NCBI GenBank assembly: GCA_031411295.1 | Contig: JANOAV010000091.1 | Coordinates: forward strand, 13,838-77,837 | Source of the DNA: Verrucomicrobiales bacterium | Lineage (GTDB): Bacteria > Verrucomicrobiota > Verrucomicrobiia > Verrucomicrobiales > V1-33 | DNA: 64,000 nucleotides | Direction of reading: 5' to 3' | Shown here: positions 55,598 through 64,000 of the stretch, one piece after another | How the letters are laid out: every line of letters starts with the position of its first letter | How positions within the stretch are numbered: position 1 is the stretch's first letter | The notes under the pieces: generated by a model | Told to the model about the DNA's origin: nothing | The model's input: only the letters and a program-made list of their open reading frames with translations | Database searches by the model: none | Translations under genes and position numbers: made by a program

Positions 55598-55633
55598 GCC
55601 CCATGGGGCTTGCGACCATCTTAGATCAAACTC

Positions 55634-55855
55634 TTAACTCGCCCGGGCTGGCAACTGCACCCGAGTGGTGAAGCGGGAAGCACTTGTGTAGAGGCTGTCC
55701 ACGCGCACGCCGCGCAAATTGGCTTGGCGCAGGGCGGTCATAATGTCTTCGCGATCCCAGTATTGGGTCTTCTCCTCGCTGCCTACTTCGCGCAAGGCTT
55801 GCAACCCGTCATCTTGGGAGGTTGCGTTGGTCATGTCTTCAGTGGTCATAATCAT
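55634..55855 (-). CDS. Small hypothetical protein
   Basis: 73-aa ORF filling the intergenic gap, with an AT-rich upstream region; no recognised motif. Confidence 0.5.
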   Translation of the reverse strand: MIMTTEDMTNATSQDDGLQALREVGSEEKTQYWDREDIMTALRQANLRGVRVDSLYTSASRFTTRVQLPARAS

Positions 55856-56004
55856 ATTTTGTTTTAGGATGATACAGATTTAATCCACTTTTTCCCGCCA
55901 CGCTAAGTGTATGTAGTCACGTTTTCGTCACAATTGACAGGGGCCAAAACTGCTCTTTAGTGAGCGGCAATTCCCCACCCCAAAATTCCCACAACTCCTT
56001 GATT

Positions 56005-56622
56005 ATGAACACTTCCGCCTGGCGCAAGCAAGAAGCCGCCGAGAACCAACGCCTGGAAAAGCTGCTGGCGAAAATGTTGCGTGAAGCAGGATTGAAAGTG
56101 CGTCCTGACAAGACCACGCAGATCCTGGATATTGCCTGCGGGGAATGTCGGGAGGCCGATACGCTGGTGAAAGTGGTGCAGGAAATGCCGGGCTCAGCGG
56201 GGCTGGCACCAGTGCGGCTCCTGGGAACCGACCTGCGGGACCGTGAAGTCGAAGATGCCGCGCGACGTTTTCGGGATCGGCAGAACGCGAAATTTGAGTT
56301 CCTTGTGGAAGACGCTAGCAAGTTGGACCGGAACCGGGAAATCGGTGGGGAGTTTGACTTAGCCTTCATGCGGCATCAAAATTTCTGGGATGATCCGAAA
56401 GTCTGGCGACGCATCTTCGCCCAAGGTTTAGCCAAGCTTTCGGACGAAGGCTTGCTGGTGATTACCTCTTATTTTGACCGGGAGCACGAACTGGCCCAGA
56501 AAGCCATTGCCGAGGCAGGGGGCGAACTCATCATCACGGAACGAAACTTGGAGTCGATCGAACTGAAGTATCCCGGCAAGAGCGTGGACCGGCACGTGGC
56601 GGTGTTCCGGAAGAAACGGTGA
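56005..56622 (+). CDS. Class I SAM-dependent methyltransferase
   Basis: ILDIACGE motif I, LLGTDL, EDASKL, FDLAFMRH. Start uncertain (55960 GTG or 56005 ATG). Confidence 0.8.
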   Translation: MNTSAWRKQEAAENQRLEKLLAKMLREAGLKVRPDKTTQILDIACGECREADTLVKVVQEMPGSAGLAPVRLLGTDLRDREVEDAARRFRDRQNAKFEFLVEDASKLDRNREIGGEFDLAFMRHQNFWDDPKVWRRIFAQGLAKLSDEGLLVITSYFDREHELAQKAIAEAGGELIITERNLESIELKYPGKSVDRHVAVFRKKR

Positions 56623-56624
56623 AA

Positions 56625-56739
56625 TTTTGGAGGAGGGACCGAAAAGGACCAAAGTGACCTATAGGACCATCAACAGCGTCATTTTGGTCGCTTTAGGTCA
56701 CTTTTGTCTTTCGGCCCCGCCACTTCCAACCCTCCAAAA
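56625..56739. repeat. Long imperfect inverted repeat (MITE/REP-like or structured RNA)
   Basis: ttttggagg..ccgaaa..gac..aaagtgaccta..gacca / tggtc..taggtcacttt..gtc.tttcgg..cctccaaaa. Confidence 0.65.
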
Positions 56740-56802
56740 AAAGATCTGACAGCCCTAAAAAACCGTGCCATGCTGCGGCCGTAAAATTTACCCCAACAAG
56801 CC

Positions 56803-59800
56803 ATGGAACCTATCGCCTTGCCGGATTCACTGAAGCAGCAGATTGCCTCTTACGAGCGCAGGCTCAAACGTATGGAGACGCTGCTGGCCTTGGCCGGGGC
56901 TGTGGCGGGCTTCGTCGTCATGTATGTGGCGCTGTTTATTTTGGATCGTTTTTACGATACTCCGCAATGGTTGCGGGCCTTGCTGCTGGTGCTGGGAACG
57001 GTGGCGGCGGGAGCGTTCGCTCAGCGTTGGAGCCGGGATTGGCTCTGGAAACGCCGCAGCGCCAATGATCTGGCGGTTCTGCTGGGCAAACATTTCCGTT
57101 CCCTGGGCGACCGGATCCAAGGCGTGCTGGAACTAAGCCAGACGGGTGAGTTGCCACCCAATATTTCCCCTGCATTGTGTCGCGCGGCCATTGCGCAAGT
57201 GGCGCAGGAGTCCACGAAATATGATTTCACTCAGGCGGTGCCCGTTAAAAGCGCTCTTCAGTGGGGCTGGGCAGCAGCGGTGGTGGCAGGCTTGGCCGCA
57301 GTGCCGTTCTTCGTGGTGCCAAAGGCTGCGAGTAATGCCGCACAACGTTTCCTGGCTCCGTTGGCGGACATCGAGCGCTATACTTTTGCTAGTTTGGAGG
57401 CACTGCCGAAGGACCTTTACGTGGCCCATGGCGAGCCCTTCTCGCTCGACATCGCGCTGGCCGCAGATTCTGCCTGGAAACCTGGACAAGCCAAGGCGCA
57501 GATCTCCACTCAGGAGCCGATTTCCGTCACCCTGGCCGAGCATCGCGCCACGCTGCCGCTGCCGCCCCAGACTCGCGATGCCACGCTGACGCTGAGCGTG
57601 GGTGACGCCCAGAAGGAAATTGCCATTCATCCGCTGCATCGGCCGGAGTTAAAGCATCTCTCCGCCCGCATCCAGCCACCCGACTACCTCCAGTTGCCGG
57701 CCACAACCAAAGCGATCCAGGGCGGAACAGCGGAATTCCTGCTCGGCAGCCAAGTGCAGTTGGAAGGGAAAATTGCCCGGCCCCTGGCCAGCGCCAGCAT
57801 GGAAGGCGAGACTGCGCCCACGACGACCAAGGACGACACTTTCCTCACCGCTGCCATCAACATTGGTGATGCGACGACCACCCAGAGCCTAACCTGGACG
57901 GACGAACATCAATTGAAGCCCGCCCAGCCTTACACTCTCAAAGTCCTCCCCACCAAGGACGCGGAGCCAAAAATTGAACTGAAAGACATGGAGCCTGAGA
58001 GTGCCATCCTCACCAGCGAATTGGTGAAACTGAACTTTGCCGCCAGCGATGACTTTGGGCTGAAGGAAACTTGGATCGGTTGGACGGTTAGCTCCACCGG
58101 GGCCGACCGCAAGGTTCTGACCAAAGGCGAAACCCCGCACGAAACTGGAGCGCCCACCACCAACTCCATTTCCGGAACCATCGACTGGTCCCCCATGTGG
58201 CATAAGATCCCCGAGGACACCCAGGTGGAAATAGCCGCCTACACCGTGGATTATTTCCCGGATCGCAAACCTTCCGCCTCTTGGAAACACACCATCTGGG
58301 TGCTCAGTCCGGCCAAACACGCCGAGAAAGTGCGGGATCGCATGGACGCAGTGCTCAAGCAATTGGATGATCGGATTCGCGATGAAGAACGTCAGTTGGA
58401 AGAAAATAAAGCCATTGCCGAGCGCAAGGAGCAACTCAACGACGAGAAGACCACCGAGGAGATCAAGCGCTTGGAAACGGGGGAAAAGACCAATGACGAC
58501 CAACTCCAGAAGCTGACTGCGGAGATGGAGAACGTTATGAAGGATGCGTTGCGCAACAAGGAAATCCCTGAAGGCACGTTGTCCGATTGGGATAAGCTCA
58601 CCAAGAAACTCCAAGAGGACGCGCAACCATCCGTCGCCAAGGCCGCCGACAAACTAGCCAAAGCCACCAACGCCAAAGCGGGCACGCCCAAGGCTGGGAA
58701 GCCCGGCAAGCCATCCGATAGTGAGCCACCCCCGATTACCAGTGAGCCCAGTCCGGACGAACCAAAGCGCGAGGACGAGTTGGCCCAGGCGCAGGAAAAT
58801 CAAGAAAAGGCCCTGGATGCGATGCGAGATGCCGCCAAGAAGATGAACACCGTAAACGAGAATCTCTATGCGCGGAATTTCTATAACCGCCTGCGCCATT
58901 CCGCGCAGCAGGAGCATTCTGTCTCCACCGATCTGAAGAAACTGGCGAAATCCACGGTTGGCCTCCGCCCCAATGAAATAGAGGAAAAGGCCAAGAAAGA
59001 TTTCCAGAAATCCGCCAACAATCAAGACACCACCACCACGGAAGTGGAATCGCTGGTAAATGATATGGGAACCTTCATTGCGCGTTTACCGAACGAGAAA
59101 TATGCTGCGGTGCATAAGGAAATGGAGGAGAAGAAAGTGGTTGGTGCACTATCAGAGCTGGCCAGTTTTGTGCGGGCGAATTTGGTTATGAAATCCGTTG
59201 GCACCGCCCGCACCTGGGGCGAACAGCTCGATGCTTGGGCCAGCATGCTCCAGGACGAATGTAACTCCAAGGGCGAGGGTAATGCCGAGATGCCGCCGGA
59301 GATGATGGAACTGCTGATCGCATTGGTGCGGGCCGCCCAAGAGCAGGACAGCCTGCGAGAACAGACGCAAGCACTGGACGCCCGCCAGTGGACGACCGAC
59401 ACCTATCTGGATGATGCCAGCAAGCTGGGCGAACTGCAGAGCAAGCTGGCCGCCAGCATGGCTGAATTAGGCGAAAAGACGTCGATTGATGAAGCCAAGC
59501 CGCTCTTGGCCGCCGTGAACTCCGCGATGACAGACGTGGCCTTGAAATTAGGCTCCCCCCTGACCGATAAGGACACCGTAGCGGACCAAAGCATCATCAT
59601 CGAAATGCTCGTGCCGCCCGACAAGAAGGGCGGCAAATCCAGCAGTTCCGCCATGGCCAAAATGCAGCAGGCCGCCAAGCAAATGATGGCCAAAGGGCAA
59701 AAGCCCGGTAAAGGCAACAACAAGGCGGACAGTGGCATGGCCGTGGCCAACGCCAACGGAGCTGCCCTCAAGGACAAAGCCAACCAACGCCTCGTGGACA

Positions 59801-59898
59801 AGTCCAGCGGGGCCGCCAACGCCAGCGAATGGCCCGCCGAATTCCGGGATCAATTGCAGTCGTTCTTCAATAACATTGAGACTCCGGCGGAGAAGTAA
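56803..59898 (+). CDS. Large membrane-anchored protein: N-terminal TMs, Ig-like beta domains, long coiled coil (DUF4175-like)
   Basis: Three N-terminal TM segments; KDAEPKIEL..ASDDFGL motif; Q/E/K/A-rich coiled coil; C-terminal WPAEFRDQLQSFFN. Confidence 0.75.
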   Translation: MEPIALPDSLKQQIASYERRLKRMETLLALAGAVAGFVVMYVALFILDRFYDTPQWLRALLLVLGTVAAGAFAQRWSRDWLWKRRSANDLAVLLGKHFRSLGDRIQGVLELSQTGELPPNISPALCRAAIAQVAQESTKYDFTQAVPVKSALQWGWAAAVVAGLAAVPFFVVPKAASNAAQRFLAPLADIERYTFASLEALPKDLYVAHGEPFSLDIALAADSAWKPGQAKAQISTQEPISVTLAEHRATLPLPPQTRDATLTLSVGDAQKEIAIHPLHRPELKHLSARIQPPDYLQLPATTKAIQGGTAEFLLGSQVQLEGKIARPLASASMEGETAPTTTKDDTFLTAAINIGDATTTQSLTWTDEHQLKPAQPYTLKVLPTKDAEPKIELKDMEPESAILTSELVKLNFAASDDFGLKETWIGWTVSSTGADRKVLTKGETPHETGAPTTNSISGTIDWSPMWHKIPEDTQVEIAAYTVDYFPDRKPSASWKHTIWVLSPAKHAEKVRDRMDAVLKQLDDRIRDEERQLEENKAIAERKEQLNDEKTTEEIKRLETGEKTNDDQLQKLTAEMENVMKDALRNKEIPEGTLSDWDKLTKKLQEDAQPSVAKAADKLAKATNAKAGTPKAGKPGKPSDSEPPPITSEPSPDEPKREDELAQAQENQEKALDAMRDAAKKMNTVNENLYARNFYNRLRHSAQQEHSVSTDLKKLAKSTVGLRPNEIEEKAKKDFQKSANNQDTTTTEVESLVNDMGTFIARLPNEKYAAVHKEMEEKKVVGALSELASFVRANLVMKSVGTARTWGEQLDAWASMLQDECNSKGEGNAEMPPEMMELLIALVRAAQEQDSLREQTQALDARQWTTDTYLDDASKLGELQSKLAASMAELGEKTSIDEAKPLLAAVNSAMTDVALKLGSPLTDKDTVADQSIIIEMLVPPDKKGGKSSSSAMAKMQQAAKQMMAKGQKPGKGNNKADSGMAVANANGAALKDKANQRLVDKSSGAANASEWPAEFRDQLQSFFNNIETPAEK

Positions 59899-59938
59899 GG
59901 CTATGCCAAGCGTGATTCAGGGCTAGGGGCAGCTTGGG

Positions 59939-61561
59939 CTATCGTTTCAACCGGCGGCCAAGCATGCCTGTGAACTGCCGGGCTTCGTCCACCTTCAGCA
60001 GTGTCGCCAGCGTCATGTAAACACTCGCGGCAGCGCCCACGCTAACACCCAGGGTCAGCAGACGCAGGGCCAGATTCCAATGCACCCAACGATCATATTG
60101 CAGCACCGTGGCATTGGCGAACCAGCACACACCGACCAGTCCAAGAATCGGAACCACCAAGCGCGCCAACGTGGACATGAGTTTTCCACCTTCCAAGCCA
60201 GCGGAAAGTTTGGTCAGCGAGGTGTAAAGAATGATGCAGTTTACGGCTGCGACGATCGCCGTGGAGAGTGCGAGATATTGGAAAGGCATTTTCCAGACAA
60301 ACACAAACAAGGTGCTGAGGGTGGCATTGATGAGAATGCTGAGCAGCGCCACCATCATCGGGATGAAGCGCTTGTTGATGGCCGTGAAGGCGGGCTGCAC
60401 GACTTTGATGAGCGAGTAAAAGACGAGGCCGATCGCATAGAAACGCAAGGCCGCGGCGGTCTTCAGCGTTTCCGTGCCGGAAAAGGCCCCACGTTCAAAT
60501 AGCAGCGAAATAACCGGCACCGACAACATCATCAACCCGGCGGCAGACGGCAGGCAGAGGAACAACACCAAGCGATTCCCCGCCCCCATGGCACTGCGGA
60601 ATTTATCTGTGATACCGTCCGTAGTGGCGCGCGAAATGACGGGCAGCGTAACCGTGGCCACCGCCACTCCGAAGACGCCCAGCGGCAACTGCATGAGCCG
60701 AAACGCCATGCTCAACCAAGCCATGGGGCCATCCACATCCCCCTGCACATGGGAGGCGAAGACGGTGTTCAAGAAGACATTTACCTGCACGGCACTGCCA
60801 GCAATGATCGCAGGCCACATGAGCTTGAGGATACGCTGCACGTCGGGATCGTGGCGCCAGTTGGCATCCCAGCGGAAATGGTAGCCAATTTTCCGCAGGG
60901 CGGGAAACTGAGACATCAGTTGCGCCAACCCTCCGAGCAGGGTGCCGATGCTGAACCAGATCACGGCGGTGGCTCCCATGCTGCGATCAAAGATCCAACC
61001 AAGACTAAAGCCGAGGACGATGCTCACGATATTGAACCACGTGGAAGCCATGGCGGGAGGCCCGAAGACGCGCTTGGCGTTGAGGATGCCCATCACCAAC
61101 GCGGCCAGCGACACCAGCAGGATAAACGGAAACATCACCCGGGTGATCGTCGTAATGAACTGCATTTTCTCCTCCGAATACCCATTCGCCATGGCTCGCA
61201 CGATGGGGCCGGAAAGCAGGATCCCCAGGAGGGAAATTCCACTCATAAAGATCGTCGCCAAGGTGAGGGTTTTGTGCGCCAGATTCCACGCGGGTTGATC
61301 CCCTTCCGTCTTCATTTTCTGGGAAAAGACGGTGACAAACGCCGTGGATAACGCCCCTTCCGCAAACAGATCACGTAGCATGTTAGGGATGCGGAATCCC
61401 GCCGTGAAGCAATCGCGCAGGAACGGGGTAAAGAAATGCGCCATCAACATATCCCGCAGCAGCCCCATAATGCGACTCAAGAAAATGAACGCGCTCACCA
61501 AGCCCGTGGACTTGGCGCGGGCGGATTTCTCGGCAGGAACGGAGGCGGGAGATTCGGGCAT
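59939..61561 (-). CDS. murJ: Lipid II flippase MurJ (MviN)
   Basis: SRIMGLLRD, FRIPNMLRDLFAEGALSTAFV, RLMQLPLGVFGVAVATVTLP, LFERGAF. Confidence 0.97.
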   Translation of the reverse strand: MPESPASVPAEKSARAKSTGLVSAFIFLSRIMGLLRDMLMAHFFTPFLRDCFTAGFRIPNMLRDLFAEGALSTAFVTVFSQKMKTEGDQPAWNLAHKTLTLATIFMSGISLLGILLSGPIVRAMANGYSEEKMQFITTITRVMFPFILLVSLAALVMGILNAKRVFGPPAMASTWFNIVSIVLGFSLGWIFDRSMGATAVIWFSIGTLLGGLAQLMSQFPALRKIGYHFRWDANWRHDPDVQRILKLMWPAIIAGSAVQVNVFLNTVFASHVQGDVDGPMAWLSMAFRLMQLPLGVFGVAVATVTLPVISRATTDGITDKFRSAMGAGNRLVLFLCLPSAAGLMMLSVPVISLLFERGAFSGTETLKTAAALRFYAIGLVFYSLIKVVQPAFTAINKRFIPMMVALLSILINATLSTLFVFVWKMPFQYLALSTAIVAAVNCIILYTSLTKLSAGLEGGKLMSTLARLVVPILGLVGVCWFANATVLQYDRWVHWNLALRLLTLGVSVGAAASVYMTLATLLKVDEARQFTGMLGRRLKR

Positions 61562-61595
61562 TAGGGCAACTTACGCTAAGGATCCTCGAAATATT

Positions 61596-62636
61596 TCACG
61601 GCACCGCACTGCGCTTCCCGGCCGCCCGCCGCAAGCGATCCATGATGGCCATGCCCAGACCGCGATCGTTGATCGGCTCGGCAATGATTTCATCCACTCC
61701 AGCCTCGTCTAATTTGCGCAGGCAGAAGAACAAGCGCATGGCGGCTTCGGTTAGTTTCCCCGTGCCGGGACTGAGCACGGCGGTGGTGACCCAGTCGGTT
61801 AAATCTTGGTAACCATCCTCCTCGTCTCCCCGGTAGCTCAACAGCGCGTAGCGTTTGCTGGGATCGGGGCGAAAATCTGCCGGGCTGGAAAGCAGCCGCA
61901 GTGGCGTCATCGGCGCATAGTGGCTCGGCAGTTGGCCGGGAGCATCGGGCGTCGGGGAAGTATTGCTATGGTCGTAGATTACTTTACCGTAGGGTTGCAG
62001 ATCCTCTTTGACGATGGGGCCGGCCCGGAGCACGCGGAAGATAGGTTTAGATTGCCCCGGCTCGATGCGAATGATGGTGCTTTCCAAGCCCAGCATACAA
62101 GCTCCACCATCGAGAATCAGCGGGATGCGGCCATCCAATTCGCTCACCACCGCGCTGGCCGAAGTAGGGGAAATGCGGCCGAAACGGTTGGCGCTGGGAG
62201 CGGCCAAAGGTTTGCCGTAAGACGTGATGACACGTTTAAAGACCGGGTGATCACTCATGCGAACCGCCACCGTGGAAAGCCCGGCCGTAACCAAATCCGG
62301 CACTGCATCGGCCTTTGGTAAGATCAGGGTCAGCGGGCCGGGCCAGAAATGCTCCGTGAGCTGGCGAACCACGGCTTCCAAGCCGGGAGGCAGGTTCGCC
62401 ACATCACTCAGCCGGTCTTTATGTGGTAAATGGACAATCAGAGGATCGAAGGACGGACGTTCTTTGGCAGCAAAGATCTTGGCGACGGCAGCAGGATTCA
62501 TCGCATCAGCAGCCAGGCCGTAAACGGTCTCGGTGGGCAGGGCCACAGGCTCACCCGCCGTAAGTGCGTTAACGGCTCGGCGGGTGGCTTCTTTGAGTAA
62601 TTCGGGGGTATCGGTTGGGAGAACCTCAGTGTGCAT
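61596..62636 (-). CDS. tsaC: L-threonylcarbamoyladenylate synthase (Sua5 type)
   Basis: PTETVYGLAADA, KERPSFDPLIVH, WPGPLTL, AAPSANRFG, GLESTI, PGQLPSHYAP, AIMDRLRRAA (Sua5 C-domain). Confidence 0.96.
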   Translation of the reverse strand: MHTEVLPTDTPELLKEATRRAVNALTAGEPVALPTETVYGLAADAMNPAAVAKIFAAKERPSFDPLIVHLPHKDRLSDVANLPPGLEAVVRQLTEHFWPGPLTLILPKADAVPDLVTAGLSTVAVRMSDHPVFKRVITSYGKPLAAPSANRFGRISPTSASAVVSELDGRIPLILDGGACMLGLESTIIRIEPGQSKPIFRVLRAGPIVKEDLQPYGKVIYDHSNTSPTPDAPGQLPSHYAPMTPLRLLSSPADFRPDPSKRYALLSYRGDEEDGYQDLTDWVTTAVLSPGTGKLTEAAMRLFFCLRKLDEAGVDEIIAEPINDRGLGMAIMDRLRRAAGKRSAVP

Positions 62637-62723
62637 CCGTTGCTATCGAAGCAAAATTTCCCGGGCACAAGGGGTTTCAATGCCAAGGACCCCGAGTCAC
62701 CCTAGCCAAGGCCCGGGGCCGGA

Positions 62724-63641
62724 CTACTTGTTCAGCGACTGGGCCGCGTTGCCATATTCCTGCAATGCGGCATTGATCGCCACTGCCGCTGCTTTATCTT
62801 CCAACTCGACCAAGGCTTGCGCTGCCTTCTGAAAACGAACCCCGGTTTTCTCGCCTCGGGCCGCCAACTTGGCATTGCCTTCCATCTTCTTTTTATCCTC
62901 CGGGGAAAGTTCCCCCATGCCCTTGGTCCGCTTCACGATTGCTTTCAGCTCGGCGGTGGCCTTGTTCAGTTCGACACTCGCCTCCTTGGCGCTCGCAGCA
63001 TCCGTCACTCCCTCGATGATTTCCGCCGCCTGATCCATATTATCAAGGATGGCCCCCGTTAACTTGATGGCGTCTTCGAGGGTGGCCGGCTTTTTTTCAC
63101 CGGGCGCGTCCTCTGCTTCATCCTCTGGCTCAGGTTCTTTACCGGCAGCCTTGGCAATGGCACCATACTCTTGGAAGGCGGCACTGACGATTTGGAATGG
63201 CTCCTGGTCCTTCATTGAGGTCAAACGGGTGACCGCGCCCTGGAAATGATCCGCAACCTTTTTGCCACGGACCGGCAATTCCTGGTGCTTTTCCAATTCC
63301 TCCTGCGCGCCCTCCGCTGGCTCTCCGAGTTCGTTCATATCTTGGAATCGGCCTTTGAGTTCTCGGCTTAGAACCTTGAGTTTGGCTGCGGCTATTTTGG
63401 CGCTTTTGACGTCCTTGATGGTGTCCAAGAGCGTAGCCGCGGCGTCAATATTGTCCAGCACTGCAGCGTTGGCCGCAAGGATCTCTTCGACTGTAGCGCC
63501 CTCACTTTCTGCTGCCGCTTTTTTGTCGGTAGCAGCCTTCGGCTTGGCCTCCTGCGCAGCGGTGGGGGATGGCATTGCTAACAGGCTGCCGAGCAGGGTT
63601 AAAACAACCGGCAAGGCAGGGAGGCGAAAGGAACGTTTCAT
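62724..63641 (-). CDS. Secreted helical protein with two internal repeats
   Basis: Signal peptide; repeats ATVEE..AVLDNIDAAA..D..SAK..AAFQEYG and ATLED..AILDNMDQAA..D..SAK..AALQEYG. Confidence 0.8.
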   Translation of the reverse strand: MKRSFRLPALPVVLTLLGSLLAMPSPTAAQEAKPKAATDKKAAAESEGATVEEILAANAAVLDNIDAAATLLDTIKDVKSAKIAAAKLKVLSRELKGRFQDMNELGEPAEGAQEELEKHQELPVRGKKVADHFQGAVTRLTSMKDQEPFQIVSAAFQEYGAIAKAAGKEPEPEDEAEDAPGEKKPATLEDAIKLTGAILDNMDQAAEIIEGVTDAASAKEASVELNKATAELKAIVKRTKGMGELSPEDKKKMEGNAKLAARGEKTGVRFQKAAQALVELEDKAAAVAINAALQEYGNAAQSLNK

Positions 63642-64000
63642 AATGGGAGGTGCGTATCATGACCACCTGCGGATGGCAACTGGAAATGGTCCCAGATCAA
63701 TTCCAGTAAGAAGTCATGGCTTTGGGACCGCAGGCTTGTCCTGGGCGGATTCAGACGTCTGATTCACGTGGAAGGTTCGACGGGCTGAAGCCGAATGGCG
63801 CTTACTTAGGGATCAAAACCTTGTGGTATCAGCTTTGCCGAGGTTTGGCTAGCAGCACCACCGACTTGGCCCCGCCACAAAGCTGCTCGCAAAGTAGCCG
63901 TCATCGCTCCGCGTGACGGCAGGCGTTAGCGTGCGCATGCGAGTTCGGAGCACGTCTGCCTAGCGCAGGACGGCGTTGGCATCAAGGGCGCATGGCAGGG

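Noticed and set aside
63642..64000. Possible gene or ncRNA at the right edge; 12-bp palindrome TCAGACGTCTGA at 63751-63762
   Set aside because: Only short ORFs with no recognisable motif; cannot be supported without flanking sequence.
1..64000. CRISPR arrays, tRNA/rRNA genes, transposases, integrases, prophage or known anti-phage defence genes
   Set aside because: No regularly spaced repeats, RNA-gene signatures or corresponding protein motifs seen by eye.

Overview
GC-rich bacterial chromosomal segment, most likely Verrucomicrobiota (PVC superphylum). This is inferred from the DUF1549/DUF1553-DUF1501 pair, Tat-exported Gfo/Idh/MocA oxidoreductases and a verrucomicrobial-type C-terminal domain on a GH13 enzyme. 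The left half holds two tandem, diverged copies of a giant (~2135 aa) secreted protein of unknown function; the first copy runs off the window edge and is missing from the ORF track. Next comes a ~19.5 kb minus-strand operon: TpsB/FhaC transporter, DUF2341-LamG-ExbB fusion, ExbD, TonB-like protein, putative porin, coiled-coil protein, PpiC-type PPIase and a 3724-aa filamentous-haemagglutinin-like TpsA. Its gene content resembles the Pseudomonas aeruginosa PdtAB (PA0690-PA0699) cluster. It is the best candidate for an under-described system: a two-partner secretion system with its own proton-motive-force motor but no TonB-dependent receptor. The right half mixes housekeeping and accessory genes: a GTPase-less EF-G remnant, an HxlR-DinB pair with a twin palindromic operator, GH13, two AT-richer tandem paralogues, a zinc-ribbon protein, nagZ, DUF1553/DUF1501, a serine hydrolase, a C39-like peptidase, a TPR protein, msrPQ, a methyltransferase, murJ and sua5/tsaC. 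I saw no rRNA, tRNA, CRISPR array, integrase or transposase. All family assignments are from motif recognition by eye; no database searches were run.
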